From the NCBI GenBank assembly GCA_028826165.1, contig JAPDFW010000058.1:372001-436000 (forward strand): DNA of 64,000 bases, in the 5' to 3' direction. Under the pieces are notes generated by a model that did no database searches, had not been told where the DNA came from, and saw only the letters and a program-made list of their open reading frames with translations. This stretch comes from Anaeramoeba ignava BMAN. Its lineage: Eukaryota; Protista; Anaeramoebae. Of the stretch, positions 50,623 to 64,000 are shown one piece after another (position 1 is the stretch's first letter; every line of letters starts with the position of its first letter). The position numbers and the translations under genes are program-made.

Positions 50623-52650
50623 ATGAATTCTTTGTTATTTTTATTTTTACTTTTACTTGCTTTTCCTTGTTATTTTTCAACACAAACTTATAGAGCTGCA
50701 GTTTTAGAGTTTTCTCCTTATCAATTTCAACCTGGAGATAATTATCAACTTCTTCTTCGAAATCTTGCTGAAATGGAGGTTTATTTCCAAAATCTAAACC
50801 AAAATTAAAATATAAATCTAAATCTAAATATAAATATAAATATAAATCAAAATCTCAAAATCAAAATATAAATCAAAATCAAAATATAAATCTAAATCAA
50901 AATCTAAATATAAATCTAAATCAAAATATAAATCTAAATATAAATCTAAATATAAATATAAATATAAATCTAAATATAAATCTAAATCAAAATCAAAATA
51001 TAAATATAAATCAAAATATAAATCTAAATATAAATATAAATATAAATCTAAATATAAATATAAATATAAATATAAATCAAAATATAAATCAAAATCAAAA
51101 TCTAAATCTAAATATAAATATAAATCAAATTCAATATCAAAATCAAAATCAAAATATAAATATAAATATAAATATAAATCAAAATCTAAATCAAAATCTA
51201 AATATAAATCAAAATAAAAATCAAAATCAAAATCAAAATCAAAATCAAAATATAAATCTAAATAGAAATATATCAGTGAAGCAAAAAAACAAGGAGCACA
51301 AATAATTGTATTACCAGAATATGGACTTGAAGGATGGTATGAAGAATGGGATCGAGATAATATACTTCCAATACTTGAACCATTACCTAATTATTATGCA
51401 GGAAAAACATGCAATCCATGTTTAGAAAAATGCAAAGATAAGAATGGAAACAATATAGATTTCAAGAAATTACCAGTATTAAAAGAAGCATCATGTATTG
51501 CAATGAAATATTCAATAATAATAGCAATTGATGGAATAAATGATGTTCAATATTGTGAAAATCAAACAGATTGTCCACCAGATGGAAGATTTCAATTCAA
51601 TACTCTTGTTGTACTTGATGAACAAGGTTTTCTTGTTGCAAAATATCATAAAGGACATAACTATGAATCAGAATCTAATTATTTCGACCAACCAAAAACA
51701 CCTGAAATTGTTTATTTTGATTCAAGTTTTGGTGTTCGTTTTGGAATGTTCATCTGTTTTGATATTCTTTGGAATCAACCAACTTACTCTCTTGTTTATG
51801 AACTTGGTATTTCCAATATTCTCTTTCCAACTTATTGGGGTAATTTGGCTCCTGCTTTTTCTGCTAATGAATTTCAAGTTGGTTTTTCAAAAAGTAATAA
51901 AGTTAACTTTTTAGCTTCTAATATTGGTTATGATGGTTTTTACAGTTCTGGTTCAGGAATATTTTCAAATGGTCTTCCACTTGCTTTTTATACTAATGAT
52001 ACAATTTATCCTTCAAATCGATTACTCATTGCAGATGTTCCTATTATTATTGAAGAAAAACCTTCTATTATTTCTTTTGATTCTAATTTTTTGGAATTTG
52101 ATGATTTATCAATACCTTCTTTTAAGAAATTTCAAGCAATTCCTGGAACAAGTGGAAGTTTATTTTTATCAGTTTCTGGAGTTGATTGTCAAGTGAATTA
52201 TTCAATTAGTAAATTTTTGTTTTTGTTTAAATTTTTTGCTAGTTCAAAAAAAAAATTCTTATTTATTTTTTTCTTAATAAAAAAAAAAACAAAGGTCAAA
52301 ATCAAAGTGAATCATTTGAAATTGAAGAATATGCTTTATTTGCTTATTCTGGTCTTGGTTTTTTTCCTATTCAAATTTCTTTTTGTGGTTTAACAAGATG
52401 TGTTCCTGATCCAAATCAACAATTTGATTGTGATGTTTATCAAACAGTTCATTCAAATACTTTTTTTGACTCTTTTGAAATTGAATCCAATTTACAAAAT
52501 TCACAACTTTCTTTTGCTATGGCGAATGAAGATGGATTACAAATTATTAATGATGAATATTTAAATATTGGAAATGGAACAATTTCAAATAAAGATGGAA
52601 AAGTTTTCAAATTATTAAGTTCAGTTTTTTTACAAGTTTTCCAAGAATAA
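50623..52650 (+). CDS. Vanin/pantetheinase/biotinidase-family nitrilase, copy 1; introns ~50779-51265 and ~52209-52293
   Basis: Signal peptide, YRAAVLEF, catalytic Glu (VLPEYG), Lys (AKYHKGH) and Cys (FICFDI); CPPDGRFQFNT. Confidence 0.9.
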
Positions 52651-52960
52651 TTCAAAATAATTTAATTTAAAATTGAATTCAAAATTTAATTCAAAATTTA
52701 ATTCAAAATTTAATTCAAAATTTAATTTAAAATTTAATTCAAAATTTAATTCAAAATTTAATTCAAAATTTAATTCAAAATTCAATTCAAAATAAAAATC
52801 GGAAAAAAATCTATTTATTCATTTTAAATAATTTATATTTTAATTTATATTTTTTAATGTTGAATTTTTTTCAATTTCATTTATCAGAAAATTTATTTCT
52901 TAAATTAAATTTATTTTTTAAATTCATTTTTTTCTTGTTTAAAAAGAAAGAAAAATTGAA

Positions 52961-54869
52961 ATGAATTCTTTGTTATTTTTATTTTTACTTTTACTTGCTT
53001 TTCCTTGTTATTTTTCAACAAAAACTTATAGAGCTGCAGTTTTAGAGTTTTCTCCTTATCAATTTCAACCTGGAGATAATTATCAACTTCTTCTTCGAAA
53101 TCTTGCTGAAATGGAGGTTTATTTCCAAAATTAAAATCAAAAATATCAAAATATAAATATAAATCTAAATCTAAATATAAATATAAATATAAATATAAAT
53201 CTAAATCAAAATCAAAATATAAATATAAATATAAATCAAAATATAAATATAAATCTAAATCAAAATATAAATCTAAATCAAAATATAAATCAAAATATAA
53301 ATATAAATCTAAATATAAATCTAAATATAAATATAAATCTAAATATAAATATAAATATAAATCTAAATATAAATCTAAATATAAATCTAAATCTAAATCT
53401 AAATCAAAATCTAAATCTAAATCTAAATATAAATCAAAATCTAAATAAAAATCAAAATCAAAATCAAAATCTAAATCTAAATAGAAATATATCAGTGAAG
53501 CAAAAAAACAAGGAGCACAAATCATTGTATTACCAGAATATGGACTTGAAGGATGGTATGAAGAATGGGATCGAGATAATATACTTCCAATACTTGAACC
53601 ATTACCTAATTATTATGCAGGAAAAACATGCAATCCATGTTTAGAAAAATGCAAAGATAAGAATGGAAACAATATAGATTTCAAGAAATTACCAGTATTA
53701 AAAGAAGCATCATGTGTTGCAATGAAATACTCAATAATAATAGCAATCGATGGAATAAATGATGTTCAATATTGTGAAAATCAAACAGATTGTCCACCAG
53801 ATGGAAGATTTCAATTCAATACTCTTGTTGTACTTGATGAACAAGGTTTTCTTGTTGCAAAATATCATAAAGGACATAACTATGAATCAGAATCCAATTA
53901 TTTCGACCAACCAAAAACACCTGAAATTGTTTATTTTGATTCAAGTTTTGGTGTTCGTTTTGGAATGTTCATCTGTTTTGATATTCTTTGGAATCAACCA
54001 ACTTACTCTCTTGTTTATGAACTTGGTATTTCCAATATTCTCTTTCCAACTTATTGGGATAATTTTGATCCTGCTTTTTCTGCTAATGAATTTCAAGTTG
54101 GTTTTTCAAAAAGTAATAAAGTCAACTTTTTAGCTTCTAATATTGGTTATGATGGTTTTTACAGTTCTGGTTCAGGAATATTTTCAAATGGTCTTCCACT
54201 TGCTTTTTATACTAATGATACAATTTATCCTTCGAATCGATTGCTCATTGCAGATGTTCCTATTGTTATTGAAGAAGAACCTTCTATTATTTCTTTTGAT
54301 TCCAATTTTTTGGAATTTGATGATTTATCAATACCTTCTTTTAAGAAATTTCAAGCAATTCCTGGAACAAGTGGAAGTTTATTTTTATCAGTTTCTGGAG
54401 TTGATTGTCAAGTGAATTATTCAATTAGTAAATTTTTGTTTTTGTTTAAATTTTTTGCTAGTTCAAAAAAAAAATTCTTATTTATTTTTTTCTTAATAAA
54501 AAAAAAAACAAAGGTCAAAATCAAAGTGAATCATTTGAAATTGAAGAATATGCTTTATTTGCTTATTCTGGTCTTGGTTTTTTTCCTGTTCAAATTTCTT
54601 TTTGTGGTTTAACAAGATGTGTTCCTGATCCAAATCAACAATTTGATTGTGATGTTTATCAAACAGTTCATTCAAATACTTTTTTTGATTCTTTTGAAAT
54701 TGAATCTAATTTACAAAATTCACAACTTTCTTTTGCTATGGCGAATGAAGATGGATTACAAATTATTAATGATGAATATTTAAATATTGGAAATGGAACA
54801 ATTTCCAATAAAGATGGAAAAGTTTTCAAATTATTAAGTTCAGTTTTTTTACAAGTTTTCCAAGAATAA
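52961..54869 (+). CDS. Vanin/pantetheinase-family nitrilase, copy 2 (tandem duplicate)
   Basis: Nearly identical to copy 1 with the same intron positions. Confidence 0.9.
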
Positions 54870-54999
54870 TTTACAAAAAATTCAATTCAAAATTTAATTC
54901 AAAATTCAATTCAAAATTTAATTCAAAATTTAATTCAAAATTTAATTCAAAATAAAAATCGGAAAAAAATCTATTTATTCATTTTAAATAATTTATATT

Positions 55000-57529
55000 T
55001 TAATTTATATTTTTTAATGTTGAATTTTTTTCAATTTCATTTAATTCATTAAGAAGATCAGAATCAATAAGTTGATAAACAGGAAAGTGATGATTAAGTT
55101 GTTTGTTTGTATGTATTTTGAATATTGAACAAAGACCTCCAAAATCTTTATTTTTTTTAGCAAAAAAAACTCTATGAATTCTTGAATGAAGTAAAGCCAT
55201 TGAACACATTACACAAGGTTCTCTTGTTATATATAAATCAAGATCAGTGCAAAGATATCGAGAAGATTTTGAGAATTCTTTACGTTTTTTTGTTTGAGAA
55301 TTTGATTTATTTTTATTTTGATTTTCAATTTGATTATTTTGAATTTGATTTTCAATTTGAATTTGATTTTGATTTTCAATTTGATTTTGAATTTGATTTT
55401 GAATTTGATTTTGAATTTGATTTTGAATTTGATTTTGATTTTGATTTTGATTTTGAATTTGATTTTGAATTTGATTTTGATTTTGATTTTGATTTTGATT
55501 TTGATTTTGATTTTTATTTTGATTTTTATTTATATTTTGATTTATATTTTGATTTTCAATTTGATTTTCATTTTGATTTTGATTTTGATTTTGATTTTGA
55601 ATTTGATTTTTATTTTGATTTTGATTTTGATTTTGATTTTGATTTTGATTTTGATTTTGATTTTGATTTTGAATTTGATTTTCAATTTGAATTTGATTTT
55701 GATTTTGATTTTGATTTTGATTTTGATTTTCAATTTGATTTTGATTTTCAATTTGAATTTGATTTTCAATTTGATTTTGATTTTTTTGATTTTGATTTTG
55801 ATTTTGATTTTGATTTTGATTTTGATTTTGATTTTGATTTTGATTTGATTTTGATTTTGATTTTGATTTTGATTTTGATTTTGATTTTGATTTTGATTTT
55901 GATTTTGATTTTGATTTTCATTTTGATTTTCAATTTTATTTTCATTTTCTAAATTGTGCTCTAATTTGGAAATTTCTTTAATCAATAAAATTGATGTATG
56001 ATTCAAAGGATTATAAAAACAATCAAATTCTAAATGAATTCTTTTATCGAAAGTACTTGCTAAAATTTCACCATTTTTTGGATCAACAATCAATCCACCA
56101 ATTGGTAATTCTGAATATTGATTTGCAATAGAAGCATTTTTAATAGCAATTTGCATAAAATATTTTGCCATTTTCTCTTCTTTTTGAGTTAAATATGGAG
56201 TTTCACTTACACTTCTATTTATTAATAATATAAAGAGAAAATCAATCAAAAAAATTATCATCAAAAATTATTGGTGATGAAATTACTTTGGTGATCTTTT
56301 CCATGTTGTTGGCCATAATTCTAATGCTTCTTTTAATTGATCTTTTGTATGTGGTTTATATTGAGGAACTGCTACTTCAAAAACTCTTAAATTATTTTCT
56401 TTTATTATATTTTCCATTTCCTTAATCATTTCTTTATCTCCAAGAATTACATGATCTGAATAAAAAGGAATATTTTATCAATTTTATAAATAATTTTATA
56501 TTTAATTTTATAAATAATTTTATAATTAATTTTATAAATAATTTTATATTTAATTTTATAAATAATTTTATAAATAATTTCATAAATAATTTTATATATA
56601 ATTTTATAAATAATTTTATAAATAATTTTATAAATAATTTTATAAATAATTTTATAAATAATTTTATAAATAATTTTATTAATAATTTTATAAATAATTT
56701 TATAAATAATTTTATAAATAATTTTATAAATAATTTTATAATTAATTTTATTAATAATTTTATAAATAATTTTATAAATAATTTTAATAAATAATTTTAT
56801 AAATAATTTTATAATTAATTTTATAATTAATTTAATAATTATTTTTATAAATAATTTTATTAATAATTTTATAAATAATTTTATAAATAATTTTATAATT
56901 AATTTTATAAATAATTTTATAATTAATTTTATTAATAATTTTATAAATAATTTTATTTAATAATTTTATAAATAATTTTATAAATAATTTTATTAATAAT
57001 TTTATAAATAATTTTATAAATAATTTTATAAATAATTTTATAAATAATTTTATAAATAATTTTATAAATAATTTTATAAATAATTTTATAAATAATTTTA
57101 TAAATAATTTTATATTTAATTTAATAAATAATTTCCGCTTTAAATTTATATTAAATGTAATATTAAAATTTATAAATAATCAGATAAATAATTTTTATAA
57201 ACGAGTTTTCGTAAATTAATTTCTAAAGATCTCCTTTACTTTTTCCAATTGATGTTTGTCTTTTGACTCTTTTAAGATGATCAAAATTTTTTGAAAGAGG
57301 AAAATTTGAAAGTTGATTAAGTATTTGACTTGTTTTTTTTTGTTCAATTTCTGTTGCAAATAAAAAAACTAAACAAAAAAAAAAACAAAATAATTTTTTA
57401 AAAGAAATTTAAATTAAAATTACTTTTTTTAAATTTTAGAAAATATTAGAAAATAAAAATTAAACAACTTTTTCCAATTGAACGTTCATAATTTTCATGT
57501 CTAATAAGGATAAAAGAAGGATTAGACAT
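55000..57529 (-). CDS. TAD3: tRNA adenosine-34 deaminase subunit TAD3/ADAT3, multi-exon
   Basis: [32 protein letters not shown]...GGL...IH....LNHHF; HLKRV; WPTTW; NPLNHTS lacks the catalytic Glu. Confidence 0.88.
56480..57130. repeat. Intronic 12-mer satellite (AATTTTATAAAT)n
   Basis: Within a TAD3 intron. Confidence 0.9.
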
Positions 57530-57907
57530 TTTTTTTATTTATTTAAATTAAAATTAAATTAAAAAGGAGAAAAATGAAAAAAAAATTAAAAAAATTTTTA
57601 AATAAAAAAAGGAGAAAAATAAAAGATCAATTTAAAATAATAAAAATAAAAATAAAAATAAAAAATAAAAAGTAAATAAAAGGGGGCAAAATAACAAATA
57701 AACTTAAAATTAAAATCTTTTTTTATTTATTTTATTTGATCTGTTATCTTTTATTTAAAAAAATTTTTTATTGTTTTTTTTTTATTTTTCATTTTTCATT
57801 TTTTTCTTTTTTCCTTTTTTCTTTAATAATTTTTTATTTACTTTTTTCTTTTTTTTTAATAATAACAATAATAATAATTTTTTTTTTTAAATTTTTTAAA
57901 ACGAAAA

Positions 57908-60900
57908 ATGTCAGAAGATTCCAATTTTTATTCAATATTAATACGATTTGCCAAAATAATATTTGAACGATTTGACAAACATAGTAAATTTACACTTGAT
58001 GAATTACAAGAACTTTATTATCACAAATTTGGACAAAAAAAAACGGAATTTCAAATGTTATGCAAAATGTATTTACAAAATGGTTTTTTTGATTATATTG
58101 AAGAAGAAGATGTTTATGTTACTTGCAAAAATTGGAGATTTACTTTATCTAAAATGTCTAGTTATGAAAAATTTAAAAATATTGATTTTCCTCAAAATGA
58201 TTCTATTTTTATTCAAAAAAATTCTCATAAAAATTCAAAATTTAAAAATCATTCAAATAATCAAAAATCTTTATCTTTGAAAAATGAAAAGACTCAAAGA
58301 CAACTTAGAAATAATCATAAAAAAAATAAAATCGTTAATGGATTTTCGAGTGATAATGATTCTCTTATTGATAATTATTCAAATGATGAAACAAATATAA
58401 ATAACATAAAAAATAATAAAAAAAATAAAAATAAAAATAAAAATAAAAATAAAAATACAAATAAAAATGAAAATGAAAATGAAAATGAAAATTATAATGA
58501 AAATGAAAATTATAATGAAAATGAAAATTATAATGAAAATGAAAATGAAAATGAAAATGAAAATGAAAATGAAAATGAAAATTATAATGAAAATGAAAAT
58601 TATAATGAAAATGAAAATGAAAATGAAAATGAAAATGAAAATGAAATTCAAAATGCAATTCAAAATGAAATTCAAAATCAAATAGAAAATGATAATCAAA
58701 TAGAAAATGAAAATGTAATTCAAAAAATTATATTTAATAAAAATTATATTTAAAATAAATTATTTAATAAAAATTATATTTAAAATAAATTAGAATGATC
58801 TAGATGCTCAAGATAATGAAATTGAAAATGAAGATAATGAGCAAACAGATAATACAAGTGATTATGAAGAAGAAACTAAAAAAAATTCAAAAAGAAAAAA
58901 GAAAAAATCTAAAAAGAAAAAAAAAAATAAAAGTAAAAGTAAAAGTAAAAACAAAAGTAAAAACAAAAATAAAAAGGCCAAATCAAAAGAAAAAAGTTCA
59001 ATTTCAATAAAAAAATCAAGAGCAACAAGAACAATCGGAATGCTTGGCTTTTTAATTTTAGATAGATTACTTATAAGTACAAATTACAATCATTTTATAA
59101 AAATTATTTATAAAAATTAATTATAAAATTATTAATAAAATTATTTATAAAATTATTTATAAAATTATTTATAAAATTATTTATAAAATTATTTATAAAA
59201 TTATTTATTAAATTATTTATAAAATTATTTATTAAATTATTTATAAAATTATTTATTAAATTATTTATAAAATTATTTATTAAATTATTTATAAAATTAT
59301 TTATTAAATTATTTATAAAATTATTTATAAAATTATTTATTAAATTATTTATTAAATTATTTATTAAATTAAATATAAAATTATTTATAAAATTAAATAT
59401 AAAATTATTTATAAAATTATTTATAAAATTATTTATAAAATTATTTATAAAATTATTTATAAAATTATTTATAAAATTATTTATAAAATTATTTATAAAA
59501 TTATTTATAAAATTATTTATTAAATTAATTATAAAATTATTTATAAAATTAATTATAAAATTATTTATAAAATTATTTATAAAATTAAATATAAAAATTA
59601 TTAATAAAATTATTTATAAAATTATTTATAAAATTATTTATAAAATTAATTATTAAATTAAATATAAAATTATTTATAAAATTAATTATTAAATTATTAA
59701 TAAAATTATTTATAAAATTATTTATAAAATTAAATATAAAATTAATTATAAAATTATTAATAAAATTATTTATTAAATTATTTATAAAATTAATTATAAA
59801 ATTAATTATAAAATTATTTATAAAATTATTTATAAAATTATTTATAAAATTATTTATAAAATTAATTATAAAATTAATTATAAAATTATTAATAAAATTA
59901 TTTATAAAATTATTTATAAAATTATTTATAAAATTATATATAAAATTATTTATAAAATTAAATATAAAATTATTTATAAAATTAAATATAAAATTATTTA
60001 TAAAATTAAATATAAAATTATTTATAAAATTATTTATAAAATTATTTATAAAATTATTAATAAAATTAAATATAAAATTAATTATAAAATTATTTATAAA
60101 ATTATTTATAAAATTATTAATAAAATTAATTATAAAATTATTTATTAAATTATTTATAAAATTATTTATAAAATTATTTATTAAATTATTTATTAAATTA
60201 AATATAAAATTATTAATAAAATTATTTATAAAATTAATTATAAAATTATTTATTAAATTATTAATAAAATTATTTATAAAATTATTTATAAAATTATTTA
60301 TAAAATTATTTATTAAATTAAATATAAAATTATTTATAAAATTATTTATAAAATTATTTATAAAATTAAATATAAAATTATTAATAAAATTATTTATAAA
60401 ATTAAATATAAAATTATTAATAAAATTATTTATAAAATTATTAATAAATTTATTTATAAAATTATTTATAAAATTATTTATTAAATTATTTATAAAATTA
60501 TTTATAAAATTATTTATAAAATTATTTATAAAATTAAATATAAAATTATTTATTAAATTATTTATAAAATTATTTATAAAATTACTTATTAAATTATTTA
60601 TTAAATTATTTATAAAAATTTTCAAAAAAGATGAACAAACAAGAGATGAACTTGCAGCAGATACAGGATTTGCACGACAAAGAATATGTACAGTTCTTTC
60701 CATTTTCAAAGGAGTGGGAATCATAAATGAATCTGATAACGAAAATCGAAATTTAGCAATTCAAATGAACACAAAACAAGCAGAATTATTTTTCAAAATA
60801 CCAGAAAAAATAGCATATCTTTATAAACTGCACAGTAAAATCTATGAAGCATCACAGTCTGTAATGTCTTTGCTTGGTCAAGTTAAGAAAATCACTTATT

Positions 60901-61901
60901 CAATTGAAAGTGAAAATGCAGAAAATCTCAAATCACAATTCATGAAGACAATCGAGCCTATTTTCCCAAAATTATCAAGTCTGGTTCGGCGAAACCGATT
61001 GAAGTACCCGAACATGCAGATTGTGAATCCACGCCCCACTTTGGATCGCAATTTCGATCCTGTGCAAATTTTGCAAATGATTCCAAAATCCAAAACGCCG
61101 AGTAAAAAAAACAAAAAAAGAGAAAAAAGAAAAAAACCAAATGAGACACCACCACTTGCATTTGAGATGGAAGAGCCCGAGAAGACCACTCATCGAGAAC
61201 ATGCACAGAACACGAGCTTTACTAAACACAAAGAAGAGAATATCAATGCAAATGAGCGTGACCTCAACACTTCTCTCCCACATAATAACCAAAACCAGAA
61301 ATACTTCCTAAACGAGCAGTTCGAGCTTCCTTATCAAGACGAACCTGCAGAAACATTTGGTCAGTTCTCTGGGTTTTCATCTCTCTTCTCGAGAGAAAAT
61401 CCACAGAATAATTTTATCCCTAATTATGATTTTGAAAGTGAACAAGATCAAGAAGGAATAAAGCAAAAAAAGCAGAAGAAAAAACATTCGAGTTCTCGTT
61501 CCCAGGAAAACGCCCGCAACTCAAACAAGAAACACAAACATGATTTCTCTGAAAGTGACACAATCGATGTTGCCGAATTTCTTGGTTCAATGGCTAACCA
61601 GAAAGAGGAGAATACTTTGCAACCTTGGAATCTTACTTTGTCTCCCGTTTTGATGTCTGTTCCTAGTAACTCTTCAAATATCCCTGAAATACGCCCTTTT
61701 AATACTTTCTCTCCCATTTTTATCCCTCAGACAACTTCAGACGCAAATCATGAGATTGTTCTCCATTCTCCTTTGCTTGGCCCGTTTTCTCCTACTATTC
61801 AACAATCTATGGCTCCTAATATCATGAATTTACCTCCTTTGTTCTTAACAAATCAGAAGAAAAAGAATCAGAACGGAAACAGATCTGGTGATTTTGATTA
61901 A
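57908..61901 (+). CDS. Winged-helix (E2F/DP-like) putative transcription factor; introns ~58715-58793 and 59077-60630
   Basis: Spliced TIGMLGFLILDRLLI-NEQTRDELAADTGFARQRICTVLSIFKGVGII resembles the E2F wHTH (RRIYD..NVL.G.GLI), followed by a coiled coil and a Pro/Ser-rich tail. Confidence 0.55.
59090..60620. repeat. Intronic 12-mer satellite (ATTTATAAAATT)n
   Basis: Fills intron 59077-60630; same unit as the TAD3 intron in each gene's sense orientation. Confidence 0.92.
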
Positions 61902-62135
61902 CTTTGTATGCGCCTTTTATGATCTGTTATTATTTGTGATTTTTGTTTTTGCTTTTTTGTTTTGTTCCACTTTTTTTTTTTTTTGCTTTACTATTTTTGC
62001 TTTACTATTTTTACTTCATTTTTGATTTCATTTTTGATTTCATTTTTTACTTGAATTGATAAACCAAAAACATTTTATTTTTAATTTTTCATTTTTCATT
62101 TTTCATTTTTCATTTTTCATAAACAAATAAATAAA

Positions 62136-62672
62136 ATGTCAAATTTAGAAAAAGAAAAAGAAAAAGAAAATAGAAATAAAGATAAACGTCATGATAATAA
62201 ACAAAAACATCGAACCAAAGACATTGATAGACGCAGAGAAAAAACAAGAGAAAGAAGAGAAAGACACAATCAAAGTGACAGTGATAGTGACATTGATAGG
62301 AAAAGAGAATCAAGAGAATCAAGAGAATCAAGAAAATCAAAAGAAAGACGAGAATCAAGAGAAAGATACAAGCATCATCGCACACACAGTTCTCATCACA
62401 AACACGAGAAAAAAGAATATGAACGGGAATCAAGACATCACAGATCAAGGAAATCAGAACCAGAAAAATCTCGAGGTCAAAAAGAACAAGAATCACTATT
62501 AAAATTATATGGTCTTCCTTCTGGTTTTGGTACAACTAAAGGCCAAAAAGTTACTGGAAATATTACTGGCTTTGCTAGGCCAAAAACTAAAAGAAAATAT
62601 AGTCAATATATTAATAAAAAGAAAAGATCTCAACTTCAACAAAATCAACCTAATAATCAATCTAATATTTAA
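62136..62672 (+). CDS. SNRNP27: U4/U6.U5 tri-snRNP 27-kDa protein-like
   Basis: RE/RS-rich N-terminus plus GLPSGFGTTKGQKVTGN...KRKYSQYIN. Confidence 0.8.
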   Translation: MSNLEKEKEKENRNKDKRHDNKQKHRTKDIDRRREKTRERRERHNQSDSDSDIDRKRESRESRESRKSKERRESRERYKHHRTHSSHHKHEKKEYERESRHHRSRKSEPEKSRGQKEQESLLKLYGLPSGFGTTKGQKVTGNITGFARPKTKRKYSQYINKKKRSQLQQNQPNNQSNI

Positions 62673-63231
62673 TTCTTCTTCTTCTTCTTTTTTTTTTAGA
62701 AAAAACATTTTTAAATTTTAATAAACATTTAATTGGGAAATGTAAAGGAAAATTCATTCAAAATGAAAATGAAATTTAAAACCAAAATGAAAATGAAAAT
62801 GAAAATGAAAATGAAAATGAAAATGAAAATATAAATCTAAATCTAAATCTAAATATAAATATAAATATAAATATAAATATAAATATAAATATTTAAATAA
62901 ATATAAATATAAATATAAATATAAATATAAATCTAAATATAAATATAAATCTAAATATAAATATAAATATAAATATAAATCTAAATATAAATCTAAATAT
63001 AAATCTAAATATAAATGTAATTGAAAAAATTCTAATTGAAAATTTAAAATGCGAATTAAATTGAGAAAAGATCATTTTTTTTCTTCTTTATTATTTTTTT
63101 TTTTTTTTCAATTTAAATTTTAAAAAAAAAAATAATTTTTAATTTTTAATTTAATTTTACGAAAATTATTTTCTCCTTCTGTTTTTTTTAACAAAAAAAT
63201 CATTCGAAAATCGTCATTTGTTCCCCTTTAA

Positions 63232-63524
63232 ATGAGTAACCCAGAAATATCATTAGAAAAATGCCCAAAATTAACGGATGAGGATCGCCAAAAAGTAAAA
63301 GGAGCTGTTGGAAGACGCATGAGAATAGATTTTCAAGGATGGATTTTAAAAAATAACATAAAACATCAACGAATTGAAGAGAGAATTTTAGTTTTAACTC
63401 AATACCAAATTATTACGATTGGTAAAAGAAAAACTTCAGTTAGAACAACTGTAAAAAATTTTTCTTCTTTTGTGTTTTTTAATTTTACAATTAAATTTGT
63501 TATTGTTGTTGTTTTTGTTTCTTT

Positions 63525-63556
<32 letters not shown>

Positions 63557-64000
63557 TTTATTGATTGAATGTTCATTGGTTCAAATTCTTAATTATAATT
63601 TTCAATTAAAATTTATAATTAATTTTATAATTGAATTTGCTAACTGAATTATAACTCAATTTACTGATTGAGTGTTAATTAAATTTATAATTAAATTTAT
63701 AATTAAATTTATAATTAAATTCATAATTAAATTTATAATTAAATTTATAATAAAATTTATAATTAAATTTATAATTAAATTTATAATAAAATTTATAATT
63801 AAATTTATAATTATATTTATAATTAAATTTATAATTAAATTTATAATTAAATTTATAATTAAATTTATAATTAAATTTATAATTAAATTTATAATTAAAT
63901 TTATAATTAAATTTATAATTAAATTTATAATTAAATTTATAATTAAATTTTTTATAATTTAATTATATTTATAAATAAATTAATAATAAAATTTTCAATT
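63232..64000 (+). CDS. 5' exon (63232-63450) of a possible CARMIL-like protein; intron runs off the window
   Basis: KVKGAVGRRMRI...EERILVLTQYQIITI resembles the CARMIL N-terminal PH domain; GT donor at 63451 followed by a 12-mer satellite. Confidence 0.45.

Noticed and set aside
59585-60724. 379-aa (NNFI)n minus-strand ORF and the many ILILIL/DFDFDF/KIKIKI ORFs
   Set aside because: Translations of intronic or intergenic microsatellites.
1-64000. Alternative genetic code, transposases, inteins, tRNA or rRNA genes
   Set aside because: TAA and TGA end conserved genes normally, and I recognised no motifs for these elements.

Overview
Very AT-rich eukaryotic DNA (standard code, GT-AG spliceosomal introns, many introns and intergenic spacers inflated by simple repeats). 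The style suggests an amoeboid or anaerobic protist such as Anaeramoeba, which is inference only. Housekeeping genes include RRP15, a P-loop nucleoside/nucleotide kinase, a CM1/centrosomin-like coiled-coil protein, LSM6, SGT1, two vanin/pantetheinase copies, TAD3/ADAT3, an E2F-like winged-helix protein, SNRNP27 and a CARMIL-like 5' end. Among them are ubiquitin-centred, fast-evolving families: three tandem multi-ubiquitin-like genes and six BTB-TLDc genes. Two things stand out. (1) An apparently cytosolic alpha-2-macroglobulin/thioester protein (GCFEQ) has a bait region made of about 8 tandem ubiquitin-like domains ending in LRGG plus a Gly linker, a candidate covalent trap for deubiquitinases. 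(2) In the divergently transcribed neighbouring BTB-TLDc gene, a 2.35-kb repeat is really 13 tandem GT-AG intron copies separated by twelve variable 3-nt microexons, a candidate combinatorial codon-level diversifier of a TLDc loop. Several single-base frameshifts in homopolymers look like long-read errors.
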